Below the pieces are notes generated by a model. That model was not told the origin of the DNA and ran no database searches. It worked only from the letters and a program-made list of their open reading frames with translations. From an uncultured Candidatus Saccharibacteria bacterium (GTDB taxonomy: Bacteria > Patescibacteriota > Minisyncoccia > Phycocordibacterales > CAZNKJ01): 64,000 nt of DNA. The first letter of the stretch is position 1, and each line of letters starts with the position of its first letter. Shown one piece after another: positions 59,208 to 64,000 of this stretch. A program made the position numbers and the translations under genes. The stretch spans positions 16,852 through 80,851 of the forward strand of contig CAZNKJ010000001.1 in NCBI GenBank assembly GCA_964574145.1, given 5' to 3'.

Positions 59208-60065
59208 ATGTTTGGTAATAAAGAAAAAATGAAGCTTGGGGTTCTTTTTTTTCTTTTTCTAACAGCAATAGTTATTTGGACGGTACTTCTGAATAATGAA
59301 AAAAGATTACTAACAGTGGCATTTTTAGATGTAGGTCAGGGTGATGCTGTTTATATAGAGGCACCTAATGGAAATCAGATGCTTGTTGACAGCGGTTCTG
59401 GCCCTGTTGTTTTGAGAGAGCTTGGAAAAGTAATGCCTTTGTATGATCGCTCTATTGACGTGTTGGTAGCCACGCATCCAGACAAGGATCATATAGGGGG
59501 ACTTCCAGATGTATTGAGACATTATAAAGTTAATTTATTATTGCGTTCAGGTGCCAAGAATGTTACAGGTGTATTTAAAGAGTTGAATTTACTTTCGCAA
59601 AAAGAAAGTATCCAAAAAATTTTAGCGCGAAGGGGAATGGTTATTCGGTTTGGGGGAGGAGTATATGCTGAAATTCTTTCTCCATTTCGTATAGTTCCGT
59701 TCGCTGATTCAAATGATGCCTCTGTTGTTATTCGTCTGGTTTATGGAGGCACGGAGTTCATGCTTACTGGTGACGCTCCACAAAAAATTGAAAGAAATCT
59801 TGTTTCAAAATATGGGAAACATCTTAGGAGTAACGTATTAAAAGCAGGCCATCATGGTTCAAAAACCTCTTCAGCAATATCTTTTATTAAATCTGTCTCT
59901 CCTAATTACGTGGTGATTTCTGCAGGTAAAAACAATAGATATGGGCATCCACATAAGGAGACATTAGCTCGTCTGGCGCAATTTGATGCATCAGTTTTGA
60001 ATACAGCGAAAGAGGGAACAATAATATTTACTTCTGACGGAGAGGCAGTTTTGTATAAAAAGTAA
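59208..60065 (+). CDS. Stand-alone ComEC-type metallo-beta-lactamase domain protein
   Basis: FLDVGQGDA, THPDKDHIGG, LTGDA, KAGHHGSKTSS, NRYGHPH; N-terminal TM. Confidence 0.9.
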   Translation: MFGNKEKMKLGVLFFLFLTAIVIWTVLLNNEKRLLTVAFLDVGQGDAVYIEAPNGNQMLVDSGSGPVVLRELGKVMPLYDRSIDVLVATHPDKDHIGGLPDVLRHYKVNLLLRSGAKNVTGVFKELNLLSQKESIQKILARRGMVIRFGGGVYAEILSPFRIVPFADSNDASVVIRLVYGGTEFMLTGDAPQKIERNLVSKYGKHLRSNVLKAGHHGSKTSSAISFIKSVSPNYVVISAGKNNRYGHPHKETLARLAQFDASVLNTAKEGTIIFTSDGEAVLYKK

Positions 60066-60295
60066 TGGTTTGTGCTTAGATCTTTGTGAGTTATATTCTG
60101 AATAAGAATTATCTAAGAATTTTTTTTAAAAAATATGGGCAAACAGTATGAAGAATGTTTCCGACTCAGATTTAGAGTGGCAATGTCCTATTATTCTTTA
60201 ACTTTTTAACGAAAAATTATAACAGCTAGTTTTCATTATTATTTTTTTTGGTAACTGTGTAGGTAGTAAGGGCTATTTTTTATAAAACTGTCTAA

Positions 60296-60335
60296 ATATA
60301 AAACTCTATTCTTTTAAAAGAATAGAGTTTTATAT
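60296..60335. repeat. Perfect 40-bp palindrome downstream of rpmB
   Basis: ATATAAAACTCTATTCTTTT|AAAAGAATAGAGTTTTATAT. Confidence 0.8.
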
Positions 60336-60355
60336 AATCCACCATTGCTTATTTT

Positions 60356-60598
60356 TTAAATAAGACCCGCTTTCTTGAGAGTTTTGTACGCTCCGTTTTT
60401 ATTGAGTGTTTTTAATCCCTTAGTAGAAATTTGTACTGTCACAGTTTTTTTTATCTCTGGCACAAAAATTCTTCGTTTTTGAATATTGGCTTTACGACGA
60501 ACCTTTCCTGTGGGGTTGAACTGAGTAGCACGCGTACGGTTTGAATAACCGCCCGCCATCTTAGTAGATTTTCCTGTGATTTTACAAACTTTCGTCAT
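60356..60598 (-). CDS. rpmB: 50S ribosomal protein L28
   Basis: MTKVCKITGK...RRKANIQKRRIFVPE...ISTKGLKTL. Confidence 0.88.
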   Translation of the reverse strand: MTKVCKITGKSTKMAGGYSNRTRATQFNPTGKVRRKANIQKRRIFVPEIKKTVTVQISTKGLKTLNKNGAYKTLKKAGLI

Positions 60599-60653
60599 AT
60601 GTTCGCGCTATGGTAGCATTGTATTATAAAACTAGCAACCAAAATATAATTTT

Positions 60654-61304
60654 ATGGATCCTGTCATTACTACAATTATTGTAGCCATCTTAATCTTTTC
60701 TGTCATTCTTCATGAACTTTCTCATGGATACATGGCTCTGTTTTTTGGCGACCCTACAGCAAAATTAGCAGGCAGACTTACTCTAAATCCTATTTCTCAT
60801 ATAGATCCTATTGGATCTATATTAATTCCAGCGATTCTTGCGCTTACTCCAGGAGGTCTTATATTTGGATGGGCAAAGCCAGTCCCCTATAATCCCTATA
60901 ATTTAAGGAACCAGAAGTGGGGAGAGGCAATGGTTGCCCTTGCTGGACCAGTTTCCAATCTTTTTATCGCTTTAGCTTTCGGGTTGTTTATTCGTTTTAG
61001 TGGAATATTTCTATCTTCTTCTGTAATAGAGATTATGTCTATAATAGTTTTTATAAATATCTTACTTGCATTTTTTAACTTAATACCAATTCCTCCGCTC
61101 GATGGGTCAAAGGTACTTATTCCATTATTACCGCACAAAGCTTGGGTTTTTTATAAACGATTGCAGGAAAAAATAGAGAGTTATGGCTTTTTAGCAACGT
61201 TCCTGTTTATTTTCTTGTTCATATACATATTATGGCAACCTTTTATTCTGTTTGTTTCCATTGTTTTTACGTTGATCACAGGTTCTCATTTAGGTCAGCT
61301 TTAG
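60654..61304 (+). CDS. Site-2 protease (M50) family metalloprotease
   Basis: HELSH, GRLTLNP, AGPVSN, FNLIPIPPLDG. Confidence 0.92.
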   Translation: MDPVITTIIVAILIFSVILHELSHGYMALFFGDPTAKLAGRLTLNPISHIDPIGSILIPAILALTPGGLIFGWAKPVPYNPYNLRNQKWGEAMVALAGPVSNLFIALAFGLFIRFSGIFLSSSVIEIMSIIVFINILLAFFNLIPIPPLDGSKVLIPLLPHKAWVFYKRLQEKIESYGFLATFLFIFLFIYILWQPFILFVSIVFTLITGSHLGQL

Positions 61305-61424
61305 TTTCTTTCAATTCTGTCTAATATTATTATGTAGTCTAAGGTGGAAGAATATTTTGCTTATTGCAATTTTTCTCATCAGATAGTACAGTAATGGCGC
61401 TGTGGGAAGTCACAGTTTTTGTTT

Positions 61425-61841
61425 ATGGTAACAATCAATCAACTAATAAAAAAGAAAAGAAAAAATGTAACCAGAAAGCCCAAGACACCAGCAATGGGTC
61501 GTGGTTTTAATACATTGAAAAATCGTCCCACATTTTATCCATCTCCTTTTAAGCGTGGTGTGTGCGTTAAGGTAACCACTAAGACTCCTCGTAAGCCAAA
61601 CTCTGCTATTCGTAAGATTGCGCGCGTTCGGCTTACTAATGGAATGGAAATAACAGCTTATATTCCTGGGGAGGGGCACAATCTGCAGGAACACTCTGTT
61701 GTTCTGGTGCGTGGAGGGCGTGTAAAAGATATTAATGTACGCTACACAGTAGTTCGAGGTAAGCTTGATGCTGGAGGAGTTGAGGCGCGTAAGCAGAGCC
61801 GAAGTCGTTATGGTTCTAAGCTAACAAAAGGAGATTCCTAA
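61425..61841 (+). CDS. rpsL: 30S ribosomal protein S12
   Basis: [29 protein letters not shown]. Start at ATG 61425. Confidence 0.97.
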   Translation: MVTINQLIKKKRKNVTRKPKTPAMGRGFNTLKNRPTFYPSPFKRGVCVKVTTKTPRKPNSAIRKIARVRLTNGMEITAYIPGEGHNLQEHSVVLVRGGRVKDINVRYTVVRGKLDAGGVEARKQSRSRYGSKLTKGDS

Positions 61842-61873
61842 AAATATAAATTTTTTCATAAGAAATAATTAAT

Positions 61874-62344
61874 ATGCGAAGACCTATAAAAAAACGAAAC
61901 ATAGTCAAGCCTGAGGGAATATATAACTCAGTACGTCTTGCTCAGTTCATTAATTATGTAATGAAAGATGGTAAGAAAAACACAGCTCGTAAGGTTGTCT
62001 ATGGGGCTTTTGAGAATATAAAAAAGAAGACAAAAACGGATAACCCTCTTGAAATTTTTGAGACGGCTATACGGAATGTGAGCCCGTCCATGGAGGTTCG
62101 TTCCAGGCGTGTGGGAGGGGCCAATTATCAGGTACCGCGTGAAGTTCGCCCAGAACGAAAGCAGGCTCTTGCTATGCGATGGATTTTAATAGCAGCAGGG
62201 TCAAAAAAAGGGTCTCCAATGCATGAGCGTTTAGCAGACGAGCTTATTGCGGCAAGCAATGAAGAAGGAGAGGCAATGAAGAAGAAAGAAAACACTATAA
62301 AAATGGCAGAGGCCAACAAGGCGTTTGCGCACTTTGCTTGGTAA
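61874..62344 (+). CDS. rpsG: 30S ribosomal protein S7
   Basis: DGKKNTA, SRRVGGANYQVP, MAEANKAFAHFAW. Confidence 0.97.
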   Translation: MRRPIKKRNIVKPEGIYNSVRLAQFINYVMKDGKKNTARKVVYGAFENIKKKTKTDNPLEIFETAIRNVSPSMEVRSRRVGGANYQVPREVRPERKQALAMRWILIAAGSKKGSPMHERLADELIAASNEEGEAMKKKENTIKMAEANKAFAHFAW

Positions 62345-62520
62345 ATTCAACTCTCTTTAAAGAGTGTTGAATAGTAGCATAATTCTCCTTTTACTAAGGT
62401 TCTCTAAAATAATTTGAATAACTTGCCAGATAGTGACTGGTGATGTATTCTTTATTTTGTTTGTTCTGACAATGTGACGTTTGTCGCATTTTTATTTTAA
62501 CTATTTGATAAATATAAATT

Positions 62521-64000
62521 ATGGATCGAGATTACCCATTGGAGAGAATTCGAAATATAGGGATTATTGCGCATATTGACGCTGGTAAAACCACTACCAC
62601 TGAGCGTGTTCTTTTCTATACAGGGATTTCACATAAAATTGGCGAAGTGCATGAGGGAGAAGCTGTTATGGATTGGATGGAGCAAGAGCGAGAAAGAGGT
62701 ATTACTATTACTTCTGCTGCAACTACAGCTTTTTGGACTCCTTCTTATGAAGATGATCGTTTAAGTGAGGACAAAAAATATCGTTTTAATATTATTGATA
62801 CACCTGGACATGTGGATTTTACAGTGGAAGTAGAACGCTCCATGCGAGTTTTAGATGGAGGAGTCGTTGTTTTTGATGGTGTTGCTGGTGTAGAACCACA
62901 GTCTGAGACTGTATGGAGACAAGCAGATAAATATAACGTACCCCGTATTTGTTTTATTAATAAAATTGATAGAACGGGAGCTTCTTTTGATAGATCTTTT
63001 CAGACTATTTTACAACGTTTAACAAAAAATGCGGTAAAGATGCAAATTCCTATAGGGGAAGAAGAGAAACTTGAAGGAGTTATTGATTTACTTTCTATGA
63101 AAGCACATTATTTTGATGGGGAGCGGGGAGAAAAGGTACGTACCGAAGATGTGCCTGCAGATCTTAAGCCTGAGGCTGAAAAACTTCGTGGAGAGCTTAT
63201 TGAGAAAATTGTTGAGAATGATGAGTCCGCTATGAACGCTTACCTTGAGGGGAAAGAACCTGAGCTTTCTGAACTTAAGCGAATATTACGTTCAGCAGTT
63301 ATTGATAATCAGCTCGTGCCAGTTTTTACTGGTTCGGCTTTGAAAAATAAAGGCGTACAGTTGGTGCTCGATGCTGTAGTTGACTATCTTCCTGCTCCTA
63401 CAGATGTCCCGGCTATTAAAGGAACTAATCCAAAGACGGGAGAAGAAGAAAGTCGTCCATCGTCTGACTCAGAGCCTTTTGCAGCTCTTGCTTTTAAAAT
63501 AGCTACTGACCCCTATGTAGGACAGTTGACATATTTCCGAGTTTACTCCGGAGCGCTTGAAGCAGGTTCGTATGTGTTGAATACACGTACTGGTAATAAA
63601 GAACGTGTGGGGCGTATTGTACGTATGCATGCTAATAATCGTGAAGAAGTTAAAAAGGTGTACGCTGGTGAAATTGCAGCGGCTGTTGGTCTTAATGATA
63701 CAAAAACAGCGGACACGCTTTGTGACGAAGCGCATCCCATTGTACTTGAGTCTATAGATTTTCCTGATCCTGTTGTTAATCTACGTATTGATCCAAAAAC
63801 TAAAGCAGATCAAGAAAAGATGGGCAGTGCCTTGCATAAACTTATGGATGAAGATCCGACTTTTCGTGTTTCAACAGACGAAGACACCCTCGAAACTATT
63901 ATTTCTGGTATGGGAGAACTCCATTTGGATATTATTGTAGATCGCATGAAACGAGAATTTGATGTTGAGGCGAATGTTGGTAAACCACAAGTTTCCTATA
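62521..64000 (+). CDS. fusA: Elongation factor G (5' part, truncated by the window end)
   Basis: Not in ORF track. [29 protein letters not shown]...[17 protein letters not shown]...IDTPGHVDF...NKID. Confidence 0.97.
   Translation, partial: MDRDYPLERIRNIGIIAHIDAGKTTTTERVLFYTGISHKIGEVHEGEAVMDWMEQERERGITITSAATTAFWTPSYEDDRLSEDKKYRFNIIDTPGHVDFTVEVERSMRVLDGGVVVFDGVAGVEPQSETVWRQADKYNVPRICFINKIDRTGASFDRSFQTILQRLTKNAVKMQIPIGEEEKLEGVIDLLSMKAHYFDGERGEKVRTEDVPADLKPEAEKLRGELIEKIVENDESAMNAYLEGKEPELSELKRILRSAVIDNQLVPVFTGSALKNKGVQLVLDAVVDYLPAPTDVPAIKGTNPKTGEEESRPSSDSEPFAALAFKIATDPYVGQLTYFRVYSGALEAGSYVLNTRTGNKERVGRIVRMHANNREEVKKVYAGEIAAAVGLNDTKTADTLCDEAHPIVLESIDFPDPVVNLRIDPKTKADQEKMGSALHKLMDEDPTFRVSTDEDTLETIISGMGELHLDIIVDRMKREFDVEANVGKPQVSY

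Noticed and set aside
624-63740. Numerous short ORF-track entries antisense to or overlapping long genes (e.g. 624-818, 2699-3037, 5919-6401, 31461-31904, 62567-62764)
   Set aside because: Shadow ORFs of well-supported genes with no recognisable motifs; 62567-62764 is an off-frame piece inside fusA.

Overview
AT-rich chromosomal segment of a bacterium that is most likely Patescibacteria/CPR (Parcubacteria-like). This is an inference from the PrgI/VirB4/VirB6-like cluster with no relaxase seen, a trigger factor lacking the PPIase domain, split ComEC, tRNA-Arg(UCG), type IV pilus genes and the scarcity of Shine-Dalgarno motifs. Contents: a T4SS-like operon (1-9.5 kb); housekeeping genes (rsmA, pcrA, comM, pnp, rpsO, a xer-type recombinase, xth, CCA-adding enzyme, yraN, hup, rny, clpP, tig, ppa, nusA, tpiA, pgk, recJ, rnhA, sod, rpmB, rpsL, rpsG, partial fusA); an RND pump; a pilB-pilC-minor pilin cluster; four tRNAs; and a probable 6S RNA. 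The most notable non-coding signals are four. (i) A 24-28 kb 'centromere-like' zone where five parS-like sites, DnaA boxes and seven perfect copies of an unexplained nonamer (TAAAGGACA/TGTCCTTTA) co-cluster around a wHTH regulator gene. (ii) A symmetric dif-like site directly upstream of the only Xer recombinase gene in the window. (iii) A stand-alone unit of promoter, structured leader, 36-aa acidic peptide and terminator that the ORF track missed. (iv) Frequent apparent leaderless genes. All calls were made by eye; no searches or folding programs were run.
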